In this document: piece by piece, positions 38,586 through 48,575 of the stretch
Layout of the letters: every line of letters starts with the position of its first letter
Position numbering within the stretch: position 1 is the stretch's first letter
IMG/VR virus record: IMGVR_UViG_3300017912_002752
DNA: 64,000 nucleotides
Direction: 5' to 3' (one strand)
DNA from: a virus
Taxonomy: Duplodnaviria > Caudoviricetes
The notes under the pieces: model-generated
Seen by the model: the letters and a program-made list of their open reading frames with translations, nothing else
The model's database searches: none
Told to the model about the DNA's origin: nothing
Position numbers and translations under genes: made by a program

Positions 38586-38804
38586 TTATCTGTACATTAT
38601 TACTACCGACCCAAACTTATCATCAAATACTTTTATTAAGTTTTCGTAATCACCACTCATCATTTCATCCAATATTGGTTTAGATGGGATACCTACTTGT
38701 TTACAAAGGTTTTTAGCCATCGCTAAAATGTAATAAGCATTACCTTGAGGACCTGTCAAGTCTATTTCAATTTTTCCGTTACTTTTTGGTTTTGATTTTA
38801 TCAT
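38586..38804 (-). CDS. Conserved phage hypothetical protein
   Basis: IDLTGPQGNAYYIL...MMSGDYENL; ATG at 38804 lies downstream of the promoter. Confidence 0.6.
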   Translation of the reverse strand: MIKSKPKSNGKIEIDLTGPQGNAYYILAMAKNLCKQVGIPSKPILDEMMSGDYENLIKVFDDKFGSVVIMYR

Positions 38805-38823
38805 ATCTCTTAATCTTACACTA

Positions 38824-38855
38824 CTAAAGTACGACAATTTATCGAGATATCCAAA
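38824..38855 (-). promoter_or_regulatory. Bacteroidota-type promoter (TTTG-N20-TACTTTAG)
   Basis: Exact 20-nt spacer; marks the boundary between the structural and early modules. Confidence 0.7.
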
Positions 38856-38861
38856 TTTCTA

Positions 38862-38884
38862 ATGTTAAATAATTGTTAAATTTT
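38862..38884. promoter_or_regulatory. 23-bp element with an 11-bp-period TGTTAAA direct repeat (copy 2)
   Basis: Identical to 14623-14645. Confidence 0.6.
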
Positions 38885-39454
38885 TGCTAACTCTGTAAGA
38901 TTTGTAAGATATCGTTCCAATCCTAAGAATGTGTTTTGATATAGTTGGATTGTTCTTCTATTTGTGTCTATTATTCCACTTTCTTCTGAGGTGTCGTTTA
39001 GTGGACCTGATATTTTCCATTTTAACTCAAGTTTTTGATAGTATGGCGTTTCTAATTCACCAAAACCTTCTTCACTAAGTTCAAATATAGTAGTTGACCC
39101 TTTTCTTTTTGCAAAATATCTTTTTACAAAAGAATTGTCATAGTCTTCTTGGGTTGGTTGTGGAACATATGGGTCAGGAATGTCAAGTATTTCTGTGTAA
39201 TCCTCTACAACTTCTTTCAAGGTATTATATTGAATCGTATTAAGTTCAAACTGATTGTTTAAATTATAATATCTTATTAGTTTTTTAGATACATCTTTTA
39301 TATAGTAGGATTCTGTAAATACCTCTTTTGTGTTCAGATATCTGTGATATTGACCAATATACTCTGTTCCATCTTCAAACATCCACTCAGCACCACTTGT
39401 GTATAGACCTTTTTGGATAGAACCTTCTGGATAATATATTCTTTTTCTTCCCAT
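38876..39454 (-). CDS. Hypothetical protein, probably baseplate-associated
   Basis: 192 aa; last gene of the baseplate operon. Confidence 0.5.
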   Translation of the reverse strand: MGRKRIYYPEGSIQKGLYTSGAEWMFEDGTEYIGQYHRYLNTKEVFTESYYIKDVSKKLIRYYNLNNQFELNTIQYNTLKEVVEDYTEILDIPDPYVPQPTQEDYDNSFVKRYFAKRKGSTTIFELSEEGFGELETPYYQKLELKWKISGPLNDTSEESGIIDTNRRTIQLYQNTFLGLERYLTNLTELAKI

Positions 39455-41190
39455 TACGCATCAATCATCATTAAGCCACTAATTTTAGTAGTCCAATCAC
39501 CTGCACTAAATTCTTGACCAATTTTTGTTACTATAAAATATGCTTTATCTCTTATTCTCGCAGGTAATCTATCAACAGTAAAACTTTGACCATATCTTGG
39601 TCCAACATAACCATCACAAGTTAGTTCACATTCTAATCCATAACTAATAGATGGTACAAACTTTTTATTTTGTCCTTTTACAAAAGCTTTTAGTGCCTGT
39701 TTCATATTTGTTATATCATCATTTGATATATTATCACCAAGCGCTTCTGCCGCTTCTTCGAGTGCACCTTCTAAATCTTCACCTTCACCAGCTGGTTTAG
39801 TTTCATAACAACCAGTAAATACCACATTTAATTGTTCACCACCTTCACCATCCATAGCCGCCGCAGTTGCCATACCAATTAATTCAGAATCAAGATTTGA
39901 AGTTAAACTTATATCTCTAATACCATTTTGATATCCTTTAGCAACACTAATCATAGTAGGGGATGATTTTTTACTTGCAGTAGGTTTATTTAATACTAAA
40001 AACTTACCATCAAAACATTCGTCTGGGTCATTGTATAAACAAAGTTGAATTGCACCGCCTGATAATTCTTTAACTTTATCAAAAACTTTTTTCAGAAATT
40101 TACTTGTTGATACTCTACGACCTGCATCTTCTTTTCCTGGCGGAGTTTTTAAATCAGTATATGTTTTTTGTAACCATCCTATATGAACCCATATTTTTCC
40201 TAACCCATTATAATCCTTATCGTTCATAGAATGATATTTTGCGTTATCACCATATTGTGCAGCACCTCTCGTATGAGTGAAAATCATTTCTATTGGATTT
40301 GCTGATTTTATTTTAGAATCCAAAGGTGGCATTTTTAACTCACTCATTACAAATTTTTCTTTTGGTGTTCCTTTAATACCTTGACTATTTTGATTTATGT
40401 AAGTTATTAATTGCCCAATAGTAACATATGGTTGAACATTATCATTTGAAGTAAAGTAACTGAAAAATCCTTCTCGTTCCATTTGATGATTTACTAATCC
40501 GATTTTTATTCCTTTTTTTGTAAAATAATCAGCTCTACCATCGTCAGGTTTATCGTCAATTTCAGCTGCTGCGGCTATAAAATTTGCAAATATGTCAGTA
40601 GCCGTTACTCGTTTTTCACTTTCTTCGTCTTCATAGTCTAATGCGGTTTTATCTCTTAGTGTAGTATAATCTGCGTTTGCTAATCCATCACCAGCACCGG
40701 CAATACTTAAAGTTACATCATAACTTAAGTCCTGATTGATAGTGAAACTAAAACCTGTTATTTCACCTTTGATTACTTTTTTCTTTCCACCAACCCAACC
40801 TAAAGTTAAATCAACTTTTTGACGAGGTGTCATAAAAGTCACATCGATATCATCAAAGTCATCTTTTCTAAATACTTTAACAGAAACATCTGCCTGAAAT
40901 AACATGGCATCTTCAATATTTTGTCCACCATCATTACTTAATGATACACTTTCCAAACTAGGTGGTGGTGCTAATCTACCACTATCAGATTTTAATAACT
41001 CAGAGTGTTTTTGTGTAATTGCAGATTCAATCTTTGTTATACCACCCGCACATCCTACAAGGGATGCATCACTTGAAAGTTCTAAACTTGCATATGCTCT
41101 TTTGTGGACACCTACACCTGTTGCAATTCCTGAAGATTCCATAAAGCTTACTGGTGGTGGTAGTGGGCTATTTCCTAATTCAAATGCCAT
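39454..41190 (-). CDS. Putative baseplate hub protein
   Basis: Follows the LysM gene; C-terminal FTVDRLP..YFIVTKIGQEFSAGDWTTKISG is typical of hub proteins. Confidence 0.55.
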   Translation of the reverse strand: MAFELGNSPLPPPVSFMESSGIATGVGVHKRAYASLELSSDASLVGCAGGITKIESAITQKHSELLKSDSGRLAPPPSLESVSLSNDGGQNIEDAMLFQADVSVKVFRKDDFDDIDVTFMTPRQKVDLTLGWVGGKKKVIKGEITGFSFTINQDLSYDVTLSIAGAGDGLANADYTTLRDKTALDYEDEESEKRVTATDIFANFIAAAAEIDDKPDDGRADYFTKKGIKIGLVNHQMEREGFFSYFTSNDNVQPYVTIGQLITYINQNSQGIKGTPKEKFVMSELKMPPLDSKIKSANPIEMIFTHTRGAAQYGDNAKYHSMNDKDYNGLGKIWVHIGWLQKTYTDLKTPPGKEDAGRRVSTSKFLKKVFDKVKELSGGAIQLCLYNDPDECFDGKFLVLNKPTASKKSSPTMISVAKGYQNGIRDISLTSNLDSELIGMATAAAMDGEGGEQLNVVFTGCYETKPAGEGEDLEGALEEAAEALGDNISNDDITNMKQALKAFVKGQNKKFVPSISYGLECELTCDGYVGPRYGQSFTVDRLPARIRDKAYFIVTKIGQEFSAGDWTTKISGLMMIDA

Positions 41191-41194
41191 AACT

Positions 41195-41500
41195 TTATTC
41201 CTCTATATCATTTAACTCATTGTATTCCGATATTATTTTATCTACATTTTCAGGTATTCTTAATTGGATTCCTACTTCAGGAAATAAATTACCTTTACCA
41301 ATATTGTTAGCTCTTGCGATAATCCACCACAAAGTTGGGTCTCTATAATATTCCCATGCTAAATTATCTAATCTATCACCTTGTTGAGTTATAATATATG
41401 TATCAGTTATATCTGCATTGATGATTGGGTATACAACAGTAGAGGTATATTTTCTAATACCTTCTTTTTTTAATATTTCTATGCTTTCGTATCTATTCAT
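41195..41500 (-). CDS. LysM-like baseplate wedge protein (gp53/gpX-like)
   Basis: GDRLDNLAWEYYRDPTLWWIIARAN...GIQLRIP. Confidence 0.8.
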   Translation of the reverse strand: MNRYESIEILKKEGIRKYTSTVVYPIINADITDTYIITQQGDRLDNLAWEYYRDPTLWWIIARANNIGKGNLFPEVGIQLRIPENVDKIISEYNELNDIEE

Positions 41501-41502
41501 AA

Positions 41503-44382
41503 TTAAACTCTAAAATTTCCATCAAAAACAAATACATCTTGACTATCATATTCATGTAGTGCGTTTCCAAGTATAGTACACCCAACTTGAATATCTATTC
41601 CCATAGGTAATCCAAAATCTATATCCCACGATGTATCATCTGAGTATGAATAAGATAGTGATGTAAGTAACATAGGGGTTTCTACATACAATTTACCAAT
41701 TGTTAGTAACAACTCACTTTCACCAGGTCCATTACCAGGTGCACTATATCCACCATCACTATATCTTGGCATTGTATATGTTGATAATCTTTCTAACTTA
41801 GTGTATATTGGTTGCATCTCAACTCTCGAAGTTGGATATATTTTAAAATTAAAACTGATATCTCTTTTAAATGAATCATATACATAAACAGGTTCTGCTC
41901 TACCACTATACTTTATTTCACTATAACTCGGTGAGAAGTTTTCTGATAAACCTGATATTGTTCCTCTAAATTGTAGTCTACTATTGTCTGTACCTAATTT
42001 AAAAATTAATGGAACTAAATCATCACCAACTTCACCAATCTTAAGTGCGTTAATCTTATCATAATGACTTGTAAAGTCTTTTAATTTACTAAAGTCAACC
42101 CCAAACTGGTCTTTTCTAACTTGACTATTACCATCCAACATTTTACCTGGATTACCAAATCCAAATTTTTTCTCTATGTTTTCTTGGTCGTATTCTTTAG
42201 CATTAAGTTTACCACGAGTACCATCAGGTAATTCATTTCTAAAGTCTTTAGTTGTTCCATTATCTCTTCTGTTTTTAGCCAATCCTTGAAGTTTACCATA
42301 GGTCATCATATTGTAATCTGCAATATCATTGTTAAAACCTGCTGCAGTACCTTCTTTAGATAATTTTGTTGGAGTTAGATTATCTACATCATCTCTTAGT
42401 TTTTCAAAGTCTGAGGATTCACCAATATTAGTTACACCAAAATTAGATAAACTTTCACCAGTTCCAAAGTCTTCTGCTTTAGCATCTACAAAAGCTTTTC
42501 CGTAAGTCTCTTCAAACTTTTTGTCTTCTGTGGTAAGCTTACCTTTAACCATAAATGGATTATATGGTTGAATCGCCTCCATATCTCGTTTTGCTTGGTT
42601 TACATTTTGAATAGTTGTTTGTAATGCAAAACCAAGTGAAATTGCTCCAGTTAATCCAAGTGGAGTTACAAAACTTCCCTTCGTAAGATTTAAAAATCCA
42701 AATGTGTTAACAAATCTTGATGTATTAGTTAATCCGATTCCATATAAAGAATCTATACCACCTTTATTATCTATTTGACTTGCGAATGGTGTTCCACCTG
42801 CCACTCGACTTTGCATAATAAGGTCACCATAGATATCAGATATTTTTGACTTATATTCAGTTGGACTTAGTACTTTTTGATATTTTCCATCTACATCTAA
42901 TCCAAGTATACCACTTCTATCAGGTTTAAGTCCTATATGTTGTCCACCTATTGCAGCTAAGAAATTAGCAGGTGTCCATGTTTTATTGTATTTGTTAGTT
43001 CTCTGTAATCCTATTTGTGTTGCGGACCATAGTAAACCTTTTACTGATAAGAAGAATGAACCTACTCTAAGAACATCTATTAATGCTCTTTCAGTTGATG
43101 CAACTACACCACCACGGATTAAACCATCATCAATAGGGAATCCAAGACCCCAACTTTGAGGTTCACCTTTTTTCTTTCTTTGTATACCTCTTAAGATGTA
43201 TGGTTGAGGTATCAAACTAAATTTATTTGCTGCTGGGTCTTTAAGATTAAATTTAGAATACATTTCATCCAAGAATGATGGTGATTGTCTCTGTTGTAGT
43301 AAATCACCTATACTTGTAAATGAATCTATATACCTATCACCATCTGGTGAATATCTTTGAGTATCTCCTGTTGGTTGTCCAACTTTATATTGACCATATC
43401 CTGCGTGGAATGATATTCCTCTACTTGAACCACCAAAATTACTTAATAACGAAGATGCGTTATCAAACTGAGTACCACTTATACCTGTAAATTTAGTATC
43501 ATCTTTAGTTTTCATGAATGGTGAGAATCCCTCTGCCTTATCATTTGTAAAGAAATCTACTTTTTGAGGTACTTCTAATCCTTGACTTTCTAATTTTCCA
43601 TTAAATGTAAAATCACTTGGTGTTGTCTCACCTTTAAACCTATCACCTTGTGTTATATTTTGTCTATCAGTTTCACCTAAGAATTGTTCTGATAAATTCA
43701 TTTCATTAGGAGTTGTTTCACCTAAGAACTTAGAAGACCTATCTGATAAGTTAGGAGTCGTTTCACCTAAAAATTTAGAACTTCTATCTGATAAGTTAGG
43801 AGTTGTTTCACCTAAAAATTTAGAACTTCTATCTGATAAGTTAGGAGTTGTTTCACCTAAGAACTTAGAAGACCTGTCTGATTCTTTTTGAGTTGTCTCA
43901 CCTAAGAATTGTTCTGAGTTGTTTGCACTCTTTGGTGTTGTTTCACCTAAGAATTGTTGAGTAAACTTAAATTCATTTGGAGTTGTTTCACCTAAGAATT
44001 GTTGACTAAATTTAAAGTCACTTGGAGTTGTCTCACCTTTGAACTTTTCTGATAAATTTACTAATGCGGGTGTTGTCTCACCTTTAAACTTGTCACCTTG
44101 AGTTACTTGAGTAGGTTCGGTCTCACCTTTGAACTTATCACCTTGAGTTACTTGGGTAGTTTCTGTTTGTCCTTTGAACTTATCACCTTGAGTTACTTTA
44201 TTTGGATTTGTACCAACTTTTTCAGGTGTTTGTTTTGATGATTGTATTTTTTTATCTTGAACTTTATCAGATAGAGGCATTGTATTAAATGAAGTAGGTT
44301 CTGGTCGTTCCTTCTTACTTAATAATTCTTTTTTTGGCTTTCTATAATCACCAAGATTTGATTTTAAATCTTTTAATGACAT
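41503..44382 (-). CDS. Tail-tube initiator/baseplate protein with N-terminal 15-aa repeats
   Basis: C-terminal LQFRGTISGLSENFSP...YSGRAEPVYVY..FKRDISFNFK tube-like fold; directly after the tape measure gene. Confidence 0.6.
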   Translation of the reverse strand: MSLKDLKSNLGDYRKPKKELLSKKERPEPTSFNTMPLSDKVQDKKIQSSKQTPEKVGTNPNKVTQGDKFKGQTETTQVTQGDKFKGETEPTQVTQGDKFKGETTPALVNLSEKFKGETTPSDFKFSQQFLGETTPNEFKFTQQFLGETTPKSANNSEQFLGETTQKESDRSSKFLGETTPNLSDRSSKFLGETTPNLSDRSSKFLGETTPNLSDRSSKFLGETTPNEMNLSEQFLGETDRQNITQGDRFKGETTPSDFTFNGKLESQGLEVPQKVDFFTNDKAEGFSPFMKTKDDTKFTGISGTQFDNASSLLSNFGGSSRGISFHAGYGQYKVGQPTGDTQRYSPDGDRYIDSFTSIGDLLQQRQSPSFLDEMYSKFNLKDPAANKFSLIPQPYILRGIQRKKKGEPQSWGLGFPIDDGLIRGGVVASTERALIDVLRVGSFFLSVKGLLWSATQIGLQRTNKYNKTWTPANFLAAIGGQHIGLKPDRSGILGLDVDGKYQKVLSPTEYKSKISDIYGDLIMQSRVAGGTPFASQIDNKGGIDSLYGIGLTNTSRFVNTFGFLNLTKGSFVTPLGLTGAISLGFALQTTIQNVNQAKRDMEAIQPYNPFMVKGKLTTEDKKFEETYGKAFVDAKAEDFGTGESLSNFGVTNIGESSDFEKLRDDVDNLTPTKLSKEGTAAGFNNDIADYNMMTYGKLQGLAKNRRDNGTTKDFRNELPDGTRGKLNAKEYDQENIEKKFGFGNPGKMLDGNSQVRKDQFGVDFSKLKDFTSHYDKINALKIGEVGDDLVPLIFKLGTDNSRLQFRGTISGLSENFSPSYSEIKYSGRAEPVYVYDSFKRDISFNFKIYPTSRVEMQPIYTKLERLSTYTMPRYSDGGYSAPGNGPGESELLLTIGKLYVETPMLLTSLSYSYSDDTSWDIDFGLPMGIDIQVGCTILGNALHEYDSQDVFVFDGNFRV
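43603..44187 (-). repeat. 13 x 45-bp (15-aa) tandem repeat, consensus xxKF(L/K)GETTPxxxxx
   Basis: Includes three identical SSKFLGETTPNLSDR units flanked by diverged copies. Confidence 0.9.
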
Positions 44383-46745
44383 TATTCTCCTCTACTCTGT
44401 CTTGTTCTTTGTGCTCTTGATATTTCACTAATAACTCTGTTGTCAAATACTATTTGTATTGGTTGTGATTGCATATCTTGTCGTAATCCTCTAATCTCTT
44501 CCAATAATGGGTCACCTTCACCACCACCTGCGGCTTCTGCACCTGCCTCTTCACCACCCATACCGAGTGCACTTGTAATAAGAGGTAACATAAGTCCTAA
44601 TACTACTAATGTACCAATGAAAGGTGTAATTAGTGCCAATCCAAGTGCGAATGGTATCATTGATAATCCTAACATAGTAAATGCACCTGCCAATGCTATT
44701 AATCCTGGTGCAATTAATACTAATTGACTTAGTCCTAATGACATCGCTTCAATTGCAGGAACTGCCGCCTGTAAAACTAATGATGCTATTCCAAACGCTA
44801 AAATACCAGGCGTTGCGAGTAGTAACCCTACACCCAATGCCATCATTCCCATTCCAAGTAATCCTAATATCATGGTTAATGGTAGTAACGCTGGAGCAAT
44901 CATAATCAGACCCATTAAGGATTCTGTCATATTACCCATCATTTCAAATCCTGTTGCCATTTCTTGTATGGCGATTCCGAGAACTAATACTGCCGCGGCT
45001 ATTAATATCATTGCCCCTGCAGCTATTAGAATAAGTGCGTATTGAGGTCCACCTATCAACAATCCAAGAAGGGCAACTGCCCCAACTAAGGCTAACATTG
45101 ATACTATTGCCATTCCAATGGATTCCCAACTAACTTCCATAAATTCTTGTACTGCTTTTCCAAATATAAATACGGATGAGGCTACAAGTACCATTGCCGC
45201 ACCACCTGCCATTAATTTTTTACCATCAATTTTTTCAATCGCTCCTGTCAGGTTACTCAGACCCCCGCCAGTCTCTTGACCAATTGGTGGAGCTTCAACT
45301 GATGGTCCTTTACTTTTTGCGAATGGATTAAGATTTCCTATACCAGTACCTTTACCTTGCATTTTATTCATTAGTGCGTACTGACCTACCATTAAACCAA
45401 GTTGTAGTCCTGCTTGTTTTACTTGACCACCAAATGCCTGCATCGCAGCTCGATTTTCTTCTATTGCTGCAAGTTCCTCAGCTGATTTATTTGGGAACTC
45501 TGCTTGTAGTTTTGCAAAGTTTTCTCTTTGTAATACCATTTTAGATAATTCATCCGCTTCCATACCAAACATCGCAGCGGTTGCCTCTCTTTGTGCAATA
45601 CTCATATCACCTAATGATTTAGAGGTAATGTTTGCATCTTTAAATGCCTGTGCCATCATCTCTGCACCTTTTGCAGCATCACCGAATCTCATTTCCATCG
45701 ATGCTTTTCTGATTTCGTTAGCGTGTGATGCTTGTTCACCCAATCCCATCGCCCTTGCTTTCATCTCTGCTTGGATAGAACTTTCGATATTTAACATATT
45801 ACTTGAAATACCTTCCATCATTTTCATGGAAAGTCCTTGTTTCTGTAATTCTGCCGTTTTCTTAACTAACTGAATTATTTCTTCTTTACTTGCACCTACT
45901 AATAGTGATGAATTTTCTGCTAATTCTTTAAATATTACATTTGCATTAACACCTTCATTATATGCAATTGCACGAATTTCTTTTGTTAGGTCTTTTGCGT
46001 TACCTGCGGCATCTTTAAATATTGTATTTAATTCTACTGATGATGCTGCGTCTCCTGTTAATGCGGTTAACTCTGCGATGTTTTTTTGCATATCGCCAGT
46101 TATACCTCTTGTTGTTGCGAAGTAATCACCTGCATCTTTTGCAGCTTGTGCGATTCCTTCCATACCATATAACATACCCTCAATACTAAGAGATGCTGCA
46201 AAAGTTTGTGCACCCAATCTACCTGCTTCATTTGCAGTAGTACCTGTTGTTATATATAAATCTTTTGCAAGTCCAACTGTGTTTTCAAATGCCCCACTTA
46301 CCAACTCAGATGCTTTATTTACTAAGACCATCCCTGCACCAAATGCAGTTCCAGCTTTTACCATATCACCAAGTGTTCCAAGTGACCCTAACATTTTATC
46401 ACCTGTTTCACTAAATAAGTCTCTAATTTCTTTTTGTTTTTCTTCTCTTTGTTTTTCAATTTCTGCTAATTCTTCTGCAGTTTCTAATTGTTCTAAGAGT
46501 TTTTCTGCTTGGTCTTCTGATATTTTGAAATTACCTTCTAATAATTCTTGTTTGGCCTCTAATATTTTTTCTAGTTTACCAGCAACATCTTTTTCTTGAC
46601 CTATTGACTCAACAATAGCTTTTTGAGCCTTCGCATACTTAGTTCTACCATCTATTTGTTTTTGTAAACTGGCAGTTAAGTTATTTTGAAGAATCTCTTC
46701 TTGCTTTAACGCATTTATTCGTTCTTGAGTATCTTTGTTGGCCAT
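44382..46745 (-). CDS. Tape measure protein
   Basis: 787 aa, Ala/Gly-rich and helical with hydrophobic C-terminal segments; lies between chaperone and baseplate genes. Confidence 0.8.
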   Translation of the reverse strand: MANKDTQERINALKQEEILQNNLTASLQKQIDGRTKYAKAQKAIVESIGQEKDVAGKLEKILEAKQELLEGNFKISEDQAEKLLEQLETAEELAEIEKQREEKQKEIRDLFSETGDKMLGSLGTLGDMVKAGTAFGAGMVLVNKASELVSGAFENTVGLAKDLYITTGTTANEAGRLGAQTFAASLSIEGMLYGMEGIAQAAKDAGDYFATTRGITGDMQKNIAELTALTGDAASSVELNTIFKDAAGNAKDLTKEIRAIAYNEGVNANVIFKELAENSSLLVGASKEEIIQLVKKTAELQKQGLSMKMMEGISSNMLNIESSIQAEMKARAMGLGEQASHANEIRKASMEMRFGDAAKGAEMMAQAFKDANITSKSLGDMSIAQREATAAMFGMEADELSKMVLQRENFAKLQAEFPNKSAEELAAIEENRAAMQAFGGQVKQAGLQLGLMVGQYALMNKMQGKGTGIGNLNPFAKSKGPSVEAPPIGQETGGGLSNLTGAIEKIDGKKLMAGGAAMVLVASSVFIFGKAVQEFMEVSWESIGMAIVSMLALVGAVALLGLLIGGPQYALILIAAGAMILIAAAVLVLGIAIQEMATGFEMMGNMTESLMGLIMIAPALLPLTMILGLLGMGMMALGVGLLLATPGILAFGIASLVLQAAVPAIEAMSLGLSQLVLIAPGLIALAGAFTMLGLSMIPFALGLALITPFIGTLVVLGLMLPLITSALGMGGEEAGAEAAGGGEGDPLLEEIRGLRQDMQSQPIQIVFDNRVISEISRAQRTRQSRGE

Positions 46746-46753
46746 TTAAACCC

Positions 46754-46987
46754 TTATTTTTTTCTAAAAGCTTTTAAGTCGCCTAATTTAAAATCTTTAT
46801 CATAAGGAACAGGTTCAATATTATATTTTTTTAATATTGCCTGATACTTTGGGTCATTAGTAAGTTTCTGAAATTCTTTTTCTTTTTTCTTCTTTTTTAG
46901 ATTTTTGAAAAAGTCATCTATGAATCCTTCGTCAAGACCTTTACTTTTCAGTATTTCTTTAAGTTGTGATTCTTTTATGGTTTTCAT
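46754..46987 (-). CDS. Small basic hypothetical protein
   Basis: 77 aa; preceded by TATTTATA and AAGGGA. Confidence 0.55.
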   Translation of the reverse strand: MKTIKESQLKEILKSKGLDEGFIDDFFKNLKKKKKEKEFQKLTNDPKYQAILKKYNIEPVPYDKDFKLGDLKAFRKK

Positions 46988-47021
46988 ATAGTATCCCTTA
47001 GTTTATATTCTATAAATATGT

Positions 47022-47046
47022 AAAAACCCAACAAATATGTCGGGTT
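47022..47046 (-). terminator. Intrinsic terminator
   Basis: AACCCGAC-atattt-GTTGGGTT hairpin followed by a T run on the - strand. Confidence 0.7.
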
Positions 47047-47052
47047 CTTATA

Positions 47053-47286
47053 TTACTTCTTTATACGAGGCATTTTTGACTTCATTTTCCTTACTTCCTT
47101 ATCATGTGCTTTCTTTTCTTCTTGTTTAAAGTCAACTATCTTGCTAACATAGAAGTTTCTTGCCCAAACTGGGAAGTTGTAAACATCGGAATGTGTGAAT
47201 CCACCATTTCCGTGATAAATGAGGTCAAATATTTGAGAATGTAAATGCTTTCTATAATCACTCGGAAGGCCAAAAAAACCCGACAT
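47053..47286 (-). CDS. Tail assembly chaperone, C-terminal ('gpT-like') ORF
   Basis: IFDLIYHGNGGFTHSDVYNFPVWARNFY; overlaps the end of the upstream chaperone gene at a GGGTTTTTTT run. Confidence 0.6.
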   Translation of the reverse strand: MSGFFGLPSDYRKHLHSQIFDLIYHGNGGFTHSDVYNFPVWARNFYVSKIVDFKQEEKKAHDKEVRKMKSKMPRIKK

Positions 47287-48136
47287 CCATAGGCAGTTGC
47301 ATTTCTCTCTCTTCCCCGGTCTCCTCAGATACAAATTCAAATGTTAAATCAATATCTGGAACACTTTGGTTGATATACGCTCTGAGGGCCTTAGAATCTA
47401 CCGCAAATAACTCGTTGTCCACGAAATGATTAATGTCTTTTTGGTCGTCTGAACCATCTACTGAAAGAATCATGTTTTTCATCCTTGTAGTTAATTCTCT
47501 TGAAGTCATATCTTTAATTTTACGATTTGCCTTCTTTTGAGCCTCTACTTGATGTTTAACTTTTCTTTCTTTTGACTCAGTCATAGCCATGAATGTGACT
47601 TTTCTATCCGATGTAGGTAGTGTAAACTCAAATTCATTCTTATTTAGTTCTACTTGATTTGAACCATCATATGGTTTGTTTTCAAACTGAGTAAGGTCGA
47701 TGTTTTCTTTTTGCTTTGTACCTGGACTAAATGGGTCTTCTATTTCTACTTTATATTCTTTCCCATATCCAAGAACCCTTGCAGCAATCATGATTGCGTT
47801 TTTATCACCTGTAACTAAATCAATATATTTTATAGGTTCACCTTCACCATTTCCTACGATTAGTGATTGAAACAATCTGTCTAAAACAGTTCCGTCTTTA
47901 ATATATGATTGTGTAGTTAGGATATCTTCCTCTTTTGCAGTCATATACTTCATTTCGATTTTTCCACTTGAAAGTGGATTGTCTTTAGCGTATATTAGAC
48001 CTTTTGAGGGTAAATCTATAACTTCCGTTGGGAATTTATAGTCACGAACTTCTTTTGATTCGTGTTGTTTGATAGCTTGTTGTACCATTTCCTTATCGGA
48101 AACTGGGTACTCGTCTTCTAATTTTTCTTTTGCCAT
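47258..48136 (-). CDS. Baseplate hub assembly / tail assembly chaperone (gp26-like)
   Basis: LPSKGLIY...MTAKEEDIL...GDKNAIMIAARVLGYG...FFWP. Confidence 0.7.
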   Translation of the reverse strand: MAKEKLEDEYPVSDKEMVQQAIKQHESKEVRDYKFPTEVIDLPSKGLIYAKDNPLSSGKIEMKYMTAKEEDILTTQSYIKDGTVLDRLFQSLIVGNGEGEPIKYIDLVTGDKNAIMIAARVLGYGKEYKVEIEDPFSPGTKQKENIDLTQFENKPYDGSNQVELNKNEFEFTLPTSDRKVTFMAMTESKERKVKHQVEAQKKANRKIKDMTSRELTTRMKNMILSVDGSDDQKDINHFVDNELFAVDSKALRAYINQSVPDIDLTFEFVSEETGEEREMQLPMDVGFFWPSE

Positions 48137-48208
48137 AATAAAACTCGTTTTATATCTATTTTGTTGTACTGTACACTAATATATATGTAACAGGAACATT
48201 TATAATAC

Positions 48209-48234
48209 AAAAAACCCCCAAAAAGTTGGGGGTC
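48209..48234 (-). terminator. Intrinsic terminator
   Basis: ACCCCCAA...TTGGGGGT hairpin plus T tract. Confidence 0.75.
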
Positions 48235-48257
48235 TCTATTTTTTCACCAAATTTTGA

Positions 48258-48527
48258 TTATGCCCAAGAATAACTTCCCTCTGAACCATTTAAAACATTT
48301 ACACCTGCTTCAAATCCATCTGGTAAATCACCATCATATGTGATTTTGTCTCTTCCACCATAGTCAAAACCATTTTCTGGTAATCCCCACTCTGCATCTG
48401 CCTCTGCAATAGTAAAGTGAGTTGCTGGGTCTTCACCATTTGCAACATCTTGCCAAGTTCCTTCAGAATCATGTCCTATCCACTCAACAATGTTGTCGTC
48501 TTTTCTTCTAACGATTAAGTATGCCAT
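48258..48527 (-). CDS. Small acidic hypothetical protein
   Basis: 89 aa; AAGGAG RBS; flanked by terminators. Confidence 0.65.
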   Translation of the reverse strand: MAYLIVRRKDDNIVEWIGHDSEGTWQDVANGEDPATHFTIAEADAEWGLPENGFDYGGRDKITYDGDLPDGFEAGVNVLNGSEGSYSWA

Positions 48528-48575
48528 AATATCTCTCCTTTGTATTAATATGTAATAAATATGTGTTTATATAAT

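Noticed and set aside
43603-44187. 45-bp tandem repeats as a possible CRISPR array
   Set aside because: There are no unique spacers; the repeats are in-frame and vary at synonymous positions within a CDS.
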